NCBI GenBank assembly: GCA_041662225.1
Contig: JBAZSX010000007.1
Span: 30,958-94,957 of the forward strand
DNA length: 64,000 nucleotides
Source: Sulfurimonas sp.
Lineage (GTDB): Bacteria; Campylobacterota; Campylobacteria; Campylobacterales; Sulfurimonadaceae
Direction of reading: 5' to 3'
Part shown: piece by piece, positions 46,744-56,653 of the stretch
Position numbering within the stretch: position 1 is the stretch's first letter
Layout of the letters: each line of letters begins with the position of its first letter
Program-made: the position numbers and the translations under genes
Notes under the pieces: generated by a model
Told to the model about the DNA's origin: nothing
The model's database searches: none
Seen by the model: only the letters and a program-made list of their open reading frames with translations

Positions 46744-47621
46744 TTTATGGCGCTTGTAAGGTAGTCAAAAAGTGAGACCAAATCTTCAATATTTTCTAAA
46801 GCACCAATATCATGAGGCATTGTAACAACTTTAATTCCTGATTTTTCACTTATGAACTCAGCCGTTTTTGTATCATGATAGACATCATGCAAGATACAGC
46901 AAGGGCTCTCTTTTTTGATAAGTTCAATAAGCTCCATAGTGTGTTTTGAACTTGGCGGGATTCCGGGGAGCGGCTCAATCGTCGCAATAGAAGTGAGCCC
47001 ATACGCATGGTTAAAATACGCCATAACATTATGGTACTGCACAACTTTAAGAGCGTTTTTGTCTGCCATTTTGCTTTTCCACATATCAAGCTTTTTATTC
47101 CACATGTCAGAAAATTGTGCATAATTTTTTTCATACACTGCACTGTTTTGGCTGTCGATAGATATTAAAAACTCTTTTACGCTTCCGGCAAGAATCAAAA
47201 TATTGTTTGGGTCAAGGTGAAAGTGCGGGTTTCCATCAGGATGCACATCACCGCCTGAACGGTCAACGCTTGTCGGCTTTTGCAAAAGTTCTACATGCTG
47301 TGAAAGGTCTAAAAATGTTTTTGCATTTGTAGCTATTTTTGGGTTTGAAGCGCGATCTATGAGTGGAGGGAGCCAGCCGATTTCTAGCTGTCCCCCGTTC
47401 ATAATGAGCGCATCTGCATCTCTGACTTTAGCAATGAGCGAAGGGCGAGGAACCACAAAATGCGGGTCCCAATTTCCTTTTGCCAAAACTACCGTATCAA
47501 CCTTATCTGCGCCGATTGCTTTTGTCAGAGCACCGATGTAAGGGTAGGTAACGGCAATACTTAGGTTAGCAAAGAGTGAAAGCGGCGTAAGAAAGAGTAA
47601 TGTAAATATATATTTTTTCAT
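46740..47621 (-). CDS. Metal ABC substrate-binding protein (ZnuA/TroA-like)
   Basis: DPHF...PS, DVHPDGNPHFHLDP, YHN and IEPLPGIPPSSKH motifs. Confidence 0.9.
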   Translation of the reverse strand: MKKYIFTLLFLTPLSLFANLSIAVTYPYIGALTKAIGADKVDTVVLAKGNWDPHFVVPRPSLIAKVRDADALIMNGGQLEIGWLPPLIDRASNPKIATNAKTFLDLSQHVELLQKPTSVDRSGGDVHPDGNPHFHLDPNNILILAGSVKEFLISIDSQNSAVYEKNYAQFSDMWNKKLDMWKSKMADKNALKVVQYHNVMAYFNHAYGLTSIATIEPLPGIPPSSKHTMELIELIKKESPCCILHDVYHDTKTAEFISEKSGIKVVTMPHDIGALENIEDLVSLFDYLTSAIK

Positions 47622-47630
47622 GTGTATCTC

Positions 47631-48764
47631 CTAAAAACTATGTGCGCCATGTGCGCCGATAGCAAATGTTAATTGAAGGATAATTTCATCAATCGCCTTT
47701 TTGTTCCCATACATCTTAAATGTCTCATCATACGAATATTGGAGTCTCAGCTGCGCAAATTCACTTGTTTTATAGGAAGCATTCACCGTCGTTTTAGCAC
47801 CGTAAGAATCTTGTAAAAAATCCTCGTATCTCAAACCGGCTTTCCAGTTCTCGTCCATCTGATAAATCAACTGCGTGTAGTAGCCGCTCTGTTTTTTATC
47901 TTTGTCGATTGTTGCATCATCGCTTTTCATATCTCTGTATAAAAGTTCACTCTGCCAGTTGATGAAACTGTAGCTGTTAAAATAGTTTTTGACGCTCAAA
48001 TCAGCACCGTAAACCTCTGAATTTCCCTTATATGTAGGCATTGCAGACTCTGCGTCTTCTATGTTTGAGACGCCGTTTGCATAGCTCACTCCAAGAAGCA
48101 GAGAAGCATCTTTTATATCAAACGAGTTCTTTAAATATCCGACATAGAGTGCTTCGCCGTCTTTTTTATCAAAATCATTGGCGAATGTACCGCCGTTTCC
48201 TTTTTGCATCGCCTCAAATCCCAGTTTCATGTACCATGGAGTCGGAGCCAACCACTGAAACTGGACTCCGGGCGCATTGATGCCTTCGGGTGATAAAAAG
48301 CTGTTATATACAAGAGGTGCATCTGCAAAATCCCAAACATGCGCATGTTGAGAGTTTAATCTTCCAAAATCAGATTTAAACTTTCCGCCTTTCACTCTTA
48401 AACTGTAGGGCAGTGCTTTTGTAGTGAAATAAGCCTCTTCGATTTCAACACTCTCAGTGCCATAATGAAATATGCCGTCAAGTTCAAAAGCTTGGTCAAC
48501 ATTGCTGTGCATTGCTAACTCTGCATAGTTTAGGTTAAAACCGTTATTTGTATTGAACTCTTTAAACGTTCCATACTCTCCATAGTTTGAAGTCGGAGCA
48601 CTATTTTCTAAATCAATGTTGCTTACATTTCTGTGAACATAACCTGTATCGACTATAAGTGAGATGTCCGGTATAAATTTCGATTGATCAAAACTCCCGC
48701 CGCTCTCTCCTGCTAGTGCCAAAGTTGCACAAAGCGTGCTTAATAATAGTAATTTTTTTTGCAT
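47631..48764 (-). CDS. Outer-membrane barrel associated with metal uptake
   Basis: Signal peptide; IEEAYF, GKFKSDFGRLN.QHAH.WDF; C-terminal GAHGAHSF. Confidence 0.75.
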   Translation of the reverse strand: MQKKLLLLSTLCATLALAGESGGSFDQSKFIPDISLIVDTGYVHRNVSNIDLENSAPTSNYGEYGTFKEFNTNNGFNLNYAELAMHSNVDQAFELDGIFHYGTESVEIEEAYFTTKALPYSLRVKGGKFKSDFGRLNSQHAHVWDFADAPLVYNSFLSPEGINAPGVQFQWLAPTPWYMKLGFEAMQKGNGGTFANDFDKKDGEALYVGYLKNSFDIKDASLLLGVSYANGVSNIEDAESAMPTYKGNSEVYGADLSVKNYFNSYSFINWQSELLYRDMKSDDATIDKDKKQSGYYTQLIYQMDENWKAGLRYEDFLQDSYGAKTTVNASYKTSEFAQLRLQYSYDETFKMYGNKKAIDEIILQLTFAIGAHGAHSF

Positions 48765-48814
48765 AGGTATCCTAAATAATTTATTTTTGTTTGTAATGTT
48801 TTTTTGATTTGTAT

Positions 48815-49081
48815 TTAGGAGAGGAGAGGAGGAGCGCGACTTTTGTAAGTGGTTTGCTTTGTTTGAAAGTTTAAAATTTGTGTTTGCGAGGAGATTTGTT
48901 CAAAACTAAAAAGCACTACTTCTTTAAAATCAACTGCTATATCAGCGGAAACGGAGTGGTCATCGACTATACAAATCTGACATTTAGAACTGTCGTGATT
49001 CTTTACATGTTCGATTTCGTGCAGAGCCGTAAAGGTTGTGGCAATGATAAAAAAGATGGATAGTAGTAGCCTGAGTTTCAT
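48815..49081 (-). CDS. Small His/Cys membrane-anchored protein (DUF2946-like)
   Basis: TM segment, then HEIEH...HD..KCQIC; ends SRAPP. Confidence 0.65.
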   Translation of the reverse strand: MKLRLLLSIFFIIATTFTALHEIEHVKNHDSSKCQICIVDDHSVSADIAVDFKEVVLFSFEQISSQTQILNFQTKQTTYKSRAPPLLS

Positions 49082-49169
49082 AGGTGCAATTTTAGCACTA
49101 TTTATGTAACAACCAAAGGTCTGATCAAAGTTACCGCTCCAAAAAAAGAGCGATACTAGTTTAGAATCT

Positions 49170-49994
49170 CTACTGTGCTACTTTTGGCAGTTCGCTAGAG
49201 AGAATATCAAGGTTCGGAAGCATGATAATCTCTATACGGCGGTTGAGTGCTCTTCCCTCTTTCGTGTCGTTGTCTGCACGAGGATGAAATTCGCCAAAGC
49301 CTGCCGCTGACACATTTGTTGACAATACGCCTTTTTCAATCATCAAGTGAAGAACGCTAAGCGCGCGGGCAGTTGAAAGCTCCCAATTGCTTGGGAAATT
49401 TGAACTCTTAATTGGCACGCTATCCGTATGCCCTTCTATTTGGAACTTGCGGTCAGTAAAGTCTTTTAATACATCCGCTATATTGGTAAGAGCTGTCTTT
49501 CCATTGGAATTAACCACGGCATTTCCGCTTGCAAAAAGAACATTTTCCGGCAGATTGATAACAATTCGCCCATTCTCAATGGTAACCGTAAGCTGTCCGC
49601 CGTCAATCATCTTTTGAAGCTGTTGCACGAATCTTGCATAGATTTCATTTCGTTTTTTTGTCTCATTGTCAATCAAGCGCATAGTTTCTAGCTGTTTCTC
49701 ATAATCTTCTAACTTCATCAGCGATGAATTCAGGAGGTTTTGCGCATCGTAGAGCTCCTCTTGAAGAGCCAGTTTTTTAATATCAAGACCAGAGAGTTCA
49801 TTTTTTGTTTGTGCTATCTCATCTTTGTTCATTTTAATTATATTATCCTGCTCTTCAATGGTTTTTTCAGCCATTTCTAACGAAGATTTTGTTTTATCAA
49901 GCTCTTGCAGTGTCGCTTCATGCGTCTGTTTCATGACACAGCCGGAATTAAACAGTGCCAAGAGACCCAATGTTGCTATAATTGCTAATTTCAT
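49170..49994 (-). CDS. Lipoprotein with coiled coil and OmpA/MotB peptidoglycan-binding domain
   Basis: Lipobox NSG-C; IEGHTDSVP, NWELSTARA and NRRIEI motifs. Confidence 0.88.
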   Translation of the reverse strand: MKLAIIATLGLLALFNSGCVMKQTHEATLQELDKTKSSLEMAEKTIEEQDNIIKMNKDEIAQTKNELSGLDIKKLALQEELYDAQNLLNSSLMKLEDYEKQLETMRLIDNETKKRNEIYARFVQQLQKMIDGGQLTVTIENGRIVINLPENVLFASGNAVVNSNGKTALTNIADVLKDFTDRKFQIEGHTDSVPIKSSNFPSNWELSTARALSVLHLMIEKGVLSTNVSAAGFGEFHPRADNDTKEGRALNRRIEIIMLPNLDILSSELPKVAQ

Positions 49995-50018
49995 ATTACT
50001 CTCCTTTTTCCGCTTCGT

Positions 50019-50423
50019 TTATTTTTGCATAACTTTTTTGTCTGTTTTCTCTACAAGTATCTTCGATTTATCTCGTATTTTATTTTCTCTTTCCATATCT
50101 TTTTGTCGTCGCTCTATATCTTTTTTCAGTCGTTCTGCTTCTTTGTTCTTAAGCTTATCTTCTCTTTGTATCTGTTTTTGTGTATTTCTTTGAATTTGAG
50201 TTTCTTGTGTTTGGGCAAACTTTTCTACTCTCTCTTGCTGCTTCTCTCCCATCTCTGCTTGTTTTTCATCGAACTTATTTTGCTTTTGCTCTTTTATGTT
50301 TGCCTTTTCACCCACCGCCGTCTCAGCTTCAACAGCCAGCAATAAGCACGATGCACAAAGAAATGCCGATACTGTCTTTTTCATTATTTTCCCTTTTAAG
50401 TAAATTGCATTATTATAACTCAT
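50019..50423 (-). CDS. Secreted Lys/Glu/Gln-rich coiled-coil hypothetical protein
   Basis: Signal peptide from MKKTVS; highly charged helical body. Confidence 0.6.
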   Translation of the reverse strand: MSYNNAIYLKGKIMKKTVSAFLCASCLLLAVEAETAVGEKANIKEQKQNKFDEKQAEMGEKQQERVEKFAQTQETQIQRNTQKQIQREDKLKNKEAERLKKDIERRQKDMERENKIRDKSKILVEKTDKKVMQK

Positions 50424-50498
50424 ATTATTGAAATTATTATAAAAACATATATTTTATGTTAATATATAAAAACATGTTTTGTTTAAAGGAGCTTTGCC

Positions 50499-52883
50499 AT
50501 GAAATATATTCGTTTTTTTAATCAACTTACTATTAATGATATTCCAATGGTGGGCGGGAAAAATGCCAGTTTGGGTGAAATGTATCAGCACCTCACTTGT
50601 GAGGGAGTAAATATTCCTAATGGTTTTGCAACTACGAGCGATGCCTATTGGCTGCTGTTGGAAGAGAACAAGATAAAAGAAAAAATAAAAGATGCACTTG
50701 AAGGTCTTGATATTTCCGATACTGCCAATCTTCAAAAGAGAGGCAAAGAGGTTCGAGAATTAATACTCTCTTCAAAACTCCCACATGTGCTTGAAGAGGA
50801 GCTGTTGGAGGCATACGAAACTTTGTCGGATGAGTATGGCTCACAAAATGTTGATGTTGCAGTTCGCTCCTCCGGAACGGCTGAGGATTTGCCGGATGCA
50901 AGTTTTGCGGGGCAGCAGGAGACTTTTTTAAATATTAACAGCAGCGATAAACTTTTAAAGAGTGTTTTGAAGTGCTATGCTTCGCTCTTTACCGACCGTG
51001 CAATAAGTTACAGAACAAGCCGCGGATTTGACCACTTCAAAGTGGCTCTCTCTGTCGGTATTCAGAAAATGGTGCGAAGTGATATTTCATCAAGCGGAAT
51101 CATGTTTACAGTTGGTACGGAGAGCGGTTCGGAAAATCTGATACTTATTAACTCTATCTGGGGCTTGGGCGAAAATGTAGTGAGTGGGAGGGTGAATGCA
51201 GATGAATTTTTTGTTTTTAAACCTACACTCAAAGAGGGAATGAACACCATTCTCAAACATACGCTAGGGGGCAAAAAAGAGAAAATGCTCTACGGAGGAG
51301 ATGAGAGTAGTCAGACACAAAATGTGAGCACCTCAGTGGAGGAGCAAAACAGTTTCTCTATAAGTGACAGCGAGGTAATAACTCTAGCAAAAGCGGCACT
51401 CATCATTGAAGAACACTATGGATATCACATGGACATTGAGTGGGCGAAAGATGGAAGAGACAATAAACTCTACATAGTCCAAGCAAGACCCGAAACTGTG
51501 CAGAGCAAACTTCATGATGAGATTAGCATAGAAAAATATTCACTTCAAAAGAGTGCAGATGCAAAAGTGCTAACATCGGGAAGGGCGGTTGGCGATAGGA
51601 TTGGCAGCGGAAGAATAAGAGTTATTCATAATATATCTGAGTTTGGCACATTCGAAGATGGAGAAGTTTTAGTCGCAGACACTACGAACCCCGACTGGGA
51701 ACCGATCATGAAGAAGGCCTCTGCCGTTATAACGAACCGCGGAAGCCGCACCTGCCATGCAGCCATAGTAGCCCGAGAAATTGGGGTGCCTGCAGTGGTT
51801 GGATGTAACAATGCAACAGAGATACTTCAAAACAGTGAGAGCGTTACCGTGAGTTGCGCAGAGGGCGATGAGGGCTATATCTATGAGGGGGAGGTTCCAT
51901 ACTCTGTCAAAACGATAAATATGAGTGACCTTAAACCGACAAGAACAAAACTTTTTATGAATATAGGAAATCCGGCTGAAGCATTTAACCTTGCAAAAAT
52001 GCCAAATGACGGAGTCGGACTTGCAAGAATGGAGTTTATTATGAGCCACTCCATAAATGCCCACCCGATGGCACTTGTTGATTTGCACAAAGGTCGTCAT
52101 GTAAAAGATGAGAATGGAATAGTCTCGTTTGCAGCAGGATATAGCGACATGAAAGAGTTTTTTCTGCAAAAAATCAGTGAGGGAGTGGGGACAATCGCCG
52201 CCGCTTTTTATCCAAAACCCGTCATCATAAGAACAAGCGACTTTAAAAGTAATGAGTACAGAAACATGAGAGGCGGATTTGTGTATGAGGCGGAGGAGGA
52301 GAACCCGATGATAGGTTTTCGCGGTGCGAGCCGTTACTATGATGAGAGTTCCAAAGAGGCGTTCGAGTGGGAGTGCGAGGCTCTGAAGCGTGTGCGTGAC
52401 GAGATGGGACTCACAAACATAAAAATAATGATTCCTTTTGTAAGAACACCGGAGGAGGGGAAAAAAGTGCTGGAGATTATGAAAGGCCAAGGTTTGGTTC
52501 AGGGCGAAAACTCTCTTGAAATATATGCTATGTGCGAAATTCCTGCCAATGTAATCATAGCCGATAAATTTTTAGAGATATTTGACGGCTACTCTATCGG
52601 CTCCAACGACCTGACACAGTTGACACTCGGAGTTGACCGTGAGAGTGCAAAAATAGCACACATATTTGATGAGAGAAACGAGGCTGTGAAGAGAATGTTG
52701 CAAATGGCGATAACGGCATGTAAAAAAGCAGATAAATACATCGGCATCTGCGGACAAGCACCTTCAGACTATCCTGAAATCACCCAATTTTTAGTCGAAA
52801 ATGGGATAGATTCTATCTCACTAAATCCAGATTCTTTGTATAAAATGCATGTGGTTGTAAGTGAGATTGAGAGTAAGCTTTAA
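50499..52883 (+). CDS. ppsA: Phosphoenolpyruvate synthase
   Basis: VGGKNASLGEM, AVRSSGTAED, RTCHAAIVARE (phospho-His) and SIGSNDLTQ motifs. Confidence 0.96.
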   Translation: MKYIRFFNQLTINDIPMVGGKNASLGEMYQHLTCEGVNIPNGFATTSDAYWLLLEENKIKEKIKDALEGLDISDTANLQKRGKEVRELILSSKLPHVLEEELLEAYETLSDEYGSQNVDVAVRSSGTAEDLPDASFAGQQETFLNINSSDKLLKSVLKCYASLFTDRAISYRTSRGFDHFKVALSVGIQKMVRSDISSSGIMFTVGTESGSENLILINSIWGLGENVVSGRVNADEFFVFKPTLKEGMNTILKHTLGGKKEKMLYGGDESSQTQNVSTSVEEQNSFSISDSEVITLAKAALIIEEHYGYHMDIEWAKDGRDNKLYIVQARPETVQSKLHDEISIEKYSLQKSADAKVLTSGRAVGDRIGSGRIRVIHNISEFGTFEDGEVLVADTTNPDWEPIMKKASAVITNRGSRTCHAAIVAREIGVPAVVGCNNATEILQNSESVTVSCAEGDEGYIYEGEVPYSVKTINMSDLKPTRTKLFMNIGNPAEAFNLAKMPNDGVGLARMEFIMSHSINAHPMALVDLHKGRHVKDENGIVSFAAGYSDMKEFFLQKISEGVGTIAAAFYPKPVIIRTSDFKSNEYRNMRGGFVYEAEEENPMIGFRGASRYYDESSKEAFEWECEALKRVRDEMGLTNIKIMIPFVRTPEEGKKVLEIMKGQGLVQGENSLEIYAMCEIPANVIIADKFLEIFDGYSIGSNDLTQLTLGVDRESAKIAHIFDERNEAVKRMLQMAITACKKADKYIGICGQAPSDYPEITQFLVENGIDSISLNPDSLYKMHVVVSEIESKL

Positions 52884-52899
52884 AAAAGCTTACTTCTTT

Positions 52900-53349
52900 T
52901 TATTTAACTGCTATCTTTTTAACTTCTTTTTCTTTTTCTTTGACCTTGATTTTCGGAATTATTACTTCGAGAACTCCATCTTTTGATGCAGCTTCAATAT
53001 TTTCTACATCTACATTATCAGGCAGAGTAAAGTTTCTTTGAAACTTACCAAAAGATGTCTCTATCTTGTAATAATCTTCCTCCTGTACCTCTTTTTTGAA
53101 ATTTCTCTCCCCGGAAATTTTGAGTACATTATCTTCTACATCTACCTTGATGTCCTCTTTTTTGACCCCCGGTAAATCTACATCAATATGGTAAGCAAAT
53201 TCGCCCTCTCTTGTATTCATCGTAGGTACAAAGCCAGAAATAGAGGACTCCTCACTCAAATCTATCTTTGGTAAAGCAGCGCTCATATAATTAAACCTTC
53301 TGTTGAGGTCTCTTAAATCTTTAAATGGGTCAAATCTTGTAATTAACAT
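52900..53349 (-). CDS. Hsp20 small heat-shock protein
   Basis: DVDLPGVKKEDI, FGKFQRNFTLP and GVLEVIIPK motifs. Confidence 0.93.
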   Translation of the reverse strand: MLITRFDPFKDLRDLNRRFNYMSAALPKIDLSEESSISGFVPTMNTREGEFAYHIDVDLPGVKKEDIKVDVEDNVLKISGERNFKKEVQEEDYYKIETSFGKFQRNFTLPDNVDVENIEAASKDGVLEVIIPKIKVKEKEKEVKKIAVK

Positions 53350-53567
53350 GGCGAACTCCTGAAAATAATTTTATATAGGGGGGGCGGTAAATAACATAAA
53401 TAAATATTTACTACCGTCTATACTTTTGACAGTTTAAACGAAATCAGATTAATTTAACTTTAAATAATTATATGAAACAATTTTATGCATCTTTCTTCTT
53501 TTAAGTAATAGATAGATACAATAACTCAAGGATAATTATTTTCCTTTATACTTTTATTTTCGAAGGA

Positions 53568-54071
53568 TTGAACATGTCAACAACAAAAGAGAATTTAGAT
53601 ACTGCCTTTTGCGGTGAAAGTCAGGCGTATCAGAAATATGCAGCATTTGCCAAAAAAGCTGAAAAAGACGGGTTTGAAAATATTGCAAAACTATTTCGCA
53701 CAACTGCAGAAGCTGAGCGTATTCATGCCGAGGGTCACTTAAAAGCCATGGACAAAATAGGTTCAACACTTGAAAATCTTGAAGCTGCAATCGGCGGAGA
53801 GACTTATGAATTTGAAGACATGTACCCTCCAATGTATGAGCAAGCAGAAAAAGATAATCACAAAGCTAAAAAAATGTTTGGTTATGCACTTGAGGCTGAA
53901 AAAGTTCATGCTGCGCTTTATGCAAAAGCACTTCAAGCTGTCAAAGAGGGAAAAGATTTAGACGAAGTAAATATCTATTTATGCCCTACATGTGGATATA
54001 TCGAGTTAGGAACTCCTCCAGAGAAGTGTCCTGTGTGTGGAGTAAAAGGCTCTACATTTGTTCAAATTTAA
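53568..54071 (+). CDS. rbr: Rubrerythrin
   Basis: GESQA, EAERIHA, EKVHA diiron ligands; CPTCG / CPVCG rubredoxin-like domain. Confidence 0.93.
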   Translation: MNMSTTKENLDTAFCGESQAYQKYAAFAKKAEKDGFENIAKLFRTTAEAERIHAEGHLKAMDKIGSTLENLEAAIGGETYEFEDMYPPMYEQAEKDNHKAKKMFGYALEAEKVHAALYAKALQAVKEGKDLDEVNIYLCPTCGYIELGTPPEKCPVCGVKGSTFVQI

Positions 54072-54080
54072 GGAGTTAAA

Positions 54081-54275
54081 ATGTTAGTATGCGATTGTAA
54101 TGATGTCCATTTTGATGAGATTAAAGAAGCCGTAAAAAAGCATGGCAATAATATAGAAGCCATTATGGAAGAGACCGGTGCAGGAACTGCATGTGAATGT
54201 TGTCTAGAAGAGGATTGTGAGAAAGTGGATTTACCGCTTCCTTTGGCAATAAAAAGAGCTTTGCAAGAGCTTTAG
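54081..54275 (+). CDS. Bfd-like [2Fe-2S] protein
   Basis: VCDC...AGTACECC. Confidence 0.8.
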   Translation: MLVCDCNDVHFDEIKEAVKKHGNNIEAIMEETGAGTACECCLEEDCEKVDLPLPLAIKRALQEL

Positions 54276-54280
54276 GGGAG

Positions 54281-54340
54281 GGGTTGTAGGGACATCTACA
54301 GCCGCCGCCTAAACGGTTGCGTTCGTTTTAGTGCGTAACA
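54281..54340. repeat. 60-bp intergenic repeat, family B, copy 2
   Basis: GGGTTGTAGGGACATCT...TGCGTAACA shared with 22861-22920. Confidence 0.75.
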
Positions 54341-54361
54341 TTAGTAAATAAGGAGTCGATT

Positions 54362-54877
54362 ATGGCTATTCGTGGTAATTCAATTATTAAAGGTGTGGAA
54401 ATCAGTGAAATTATTAGGCTTTTAAACAGAGCTTATGCGGATGAGTGGTTGGCGTATTACCAATATTTTATAGAAGCGAAAGTTGCTAAAGGCATTATGA
54501 AAGATGCTGTTATCTCTGAATTGACACTTCATGCGGCGGATGAACTTAGACATGCGACGATGCTGGCGGATAGAATTGTCCAGCTTGGAGGCATACCTCT
54601 CTTGAATCCGCAGGAGTGGTTTAAACATGCAAATTGCGGCTATGAAGAGCCCTCAGAGTTTGATGTTGTCGGCATACTAGAAGATGCTATAAAGGGCGAG
54701 CAGTGTGCAATAAGCACCTACGCATCCATATCTGACATAGTAAAAGATAAGGACATTATTACATACAATATGGTGTCGCAAATTTTGGCTGACGAGGTTG
54801 AACATGAAGAGGATTTACAAGCTCTCCATAATGACATCTCAGAATTTATCTATAACATTAAAAAGAGTATAAGTTAA
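54362..54877 (+). CDS. Ferritin-like protein, DPS-like (DPSL) / bacterioferritin-related
   Basis: ADEWLAYYQY, HAADELRHA..LADRI.QLGG, GEQCAI and DEVEHE motifs. Confidence 0.85.
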   Translation: MAIRGNSIIKGVEISEIIRLLNRAYADEWLAYYQYFIEAKVAKGIMKDAVISELTLHAADELRHATMLADRIVQLGGIPLLNPQEWFKHANCGYEEPSEFDVVGILEDAIKGEQCAISTYASISDIVKDKDIITYNMVSQILADEVEHEEDLQALHNDISEFIYNIKKSIS

Positions 54878-54889
54878 AAATACTCCTTT

Positions 54890-56650
54890 TTAATCTTCGT
54901 GGTGCACCTCTGGAGCTATTTCGATTACATTCATGTGTTCTATGTTTATACCTTTGCCATCAATACATTTAATTGGACAGATTGCTTTTGCTCTTGACAT
55001 AAGAACAGGAATGTAAAAGAGTGAAACAAGAGTAGATGCGATACTTCCAAATATCAGAGCAATTCCAAGCCCACCAAATATAGGGTCGGTTGCAAGAAGC
55101 AAACTACCTAAAATAATCGCAACAGCGGTGAGTAGAATAGGTTTTGCTCTTGTAGCTGTGGATATAGCGATTGCTCTATTTTTTTCTATGCCGCTCTCAA
55201 TAAGTGATTTTGTAAAATCTATTAAAAGAAGCGAACTTCTGGCACTGATGCCCATAAGTGAAATGAATCCGATAAGTGATGTTGCTGTGAGAAAAAAGTG
55301 CACATCAGTAATAACCAGTGAAATCATATCGGTTATAAAGTGACCGATAATTACCCCGATAATAGATAAAAAACTTCCTACCAAAACTATACCGCTAAGG
55401 GCAAAAGATTTATAATAGACAACCATTAAGAGAAACATCAAAACCAAAGCAGATATAAACGCTCCGCCCAAATCTCTGAATGTATCAAGCGAGACTTTCA
55501 TCTCTCCGTCCCAGCGAACTAAAACCTTCTCTTTTGTCTCTTTGTGCGTCAATTCTAGGTCGAACATGTAGGTGCTCATGCCTGTTAATTTTTTAATATC
55601 AAAATCTCTTGAGAGTTTTTCTATTATGGTTTCTCTTGCGTCCATAAGAGGATACACTTGAGAGACTAAGTCGCACTCCGCAGTAATCGATACCATGTTT
55701 CTCATATTTTTCTTAAAAATAGTCGGGTCGGCAACCGTTGGAACTACATCTATTACCTCTTTCATAGGAACCATTATTCCTGCCATGTTTGTTAGCTTTA
55801 ATCTTGAAAGTTTTAGTTCAAGCTCCTCTTTTGATGCACTATCTAGGGTTCTTGTTTCTTCTGTCAAACTCACAAAAATTGGAATTTGATCTTGCTGTAG
55901 TCCTGAGTTTTTAATGGCTACTACATTCCCTTTAAACGCCATGTAGAGTATGTTGCTGACCTGTTCTACGCTTAGATTACTGGCAATTATTTTTTCAACA
56001 TTCGGGATTATCTCATATTTTGTATAGACATCATCCTGCATAACATCAATGTCAGAAAGCCCCTCAGTTTCTTTTAATGACTCCTGTATAATTTTTGATG
56101 TTTCTCTTAGGAGCAGATTGTCTTTTCCAAACAGATTCACCTCTATGGTTGCGAATGTCGGCGGACCTGAGGGCATCTCTATAAATTTGACTGTTGCATC
56201 CGGATAGACGCTTTCGCACTTCTTTTGGATTATTGGTCGTATTCTGTGAACCATCATGTAGGAAGCTTCATCTCTTCCATGTTTAGGAGTCAGATTTACA
56301 ACTATTTCAGCTTGATTTTTTAGATTTTTAAATCCACTTCCCTTTACTAGCCCTGCATAATCAAGTGGAGCACCTTGACCCAAAAACATCTCCATATTTA
56401 AAATCTCTTTCTCTTTTTTTAGCTCATGTGCCACGCACTCAACTACCTCTTTTGTCTGGTTAATTGTGCTGTTTGTCGCAGTATCAACATATATACTAAA
56501 GGTGTCGGCACTTTTTCCGGGTAACATTTTTGCGAGAACGATTCTAGTAGGTATCATCATAAGTGAGAAGATTAACAGACCTAAAACTATAAAGCCTATT
56601 TTTCTCTGCTCCTTTCTATCGCTCGCTATTTTATATATATACTCTTCCAT
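54890..56650 (-). CDS. RND permease, C-terminal half
   Basis: KMLPGK..DTF, LIGFISLMGISARSSLLL and RAKPILLT motifs. Confidence 0.85.
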   Translation of the reverse strand: MEEYIYKIASDRKEQRKIGFIVLGLLIFSLMMIPTRIVLAKMLPGKSADTFSIYVDTATNSTINQTKEVVECVAHELKKEKEILNMEMFLGQGAPLDYAGLVKGSGFKNLKNQAEIVVNLTPKHGRDEASYMMVHRIRPIIQKKCESVYPDATVKFIEMPSGPPTFATIEVNLFGKDNLLLRETSKIIQESLKETEGLSDIDVMQDDVYTKYEIIPNVEKIIASNLSVEQVSNILYMAFKGNVVAIKNSGLQQDQIPIFVSLTEETRTLDSASKEELELKLSRLKLTNMAGIMVPMKEVIDVVPTVADPTIFKKNMRNMVSITAECDLVSQVYPLMDARETIIEKLSRDFDIKKLTGMSTYMFDLELTHKETKEKVLVRWDGEMKVSLDTFRDLGGAFISALVLMFLLMVVYYKSFALSGIVLVGSFLSIIGVIIGHFITDMISLVITDVHFFLTATSLIGFISLMGISARSSLLLIDFTKSLIESGIEKNRAIAISTATRAKPILLTAVAIILGSLLLATDPIFGGLGIALIFGSIASTLVSLFYIPVLMSRAKAICPIKCIDGKGINIEHMNVIEIAPEVHHED

Positions 56651-56653
56651 AAT

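Noticed and set aside
53378-53384. G7 tract upstream of hsp20 as a phase-variation switch
   Set aside because: Shorter than typical phase-variable tracts and not clearly within a promoter spacer.
53505-53530. ACTCAAG as an HspR (HAIR) operator for hsp20
   Set aside because: Only a half site; the CTTGAGT partner at 7-bp spacing is absent.
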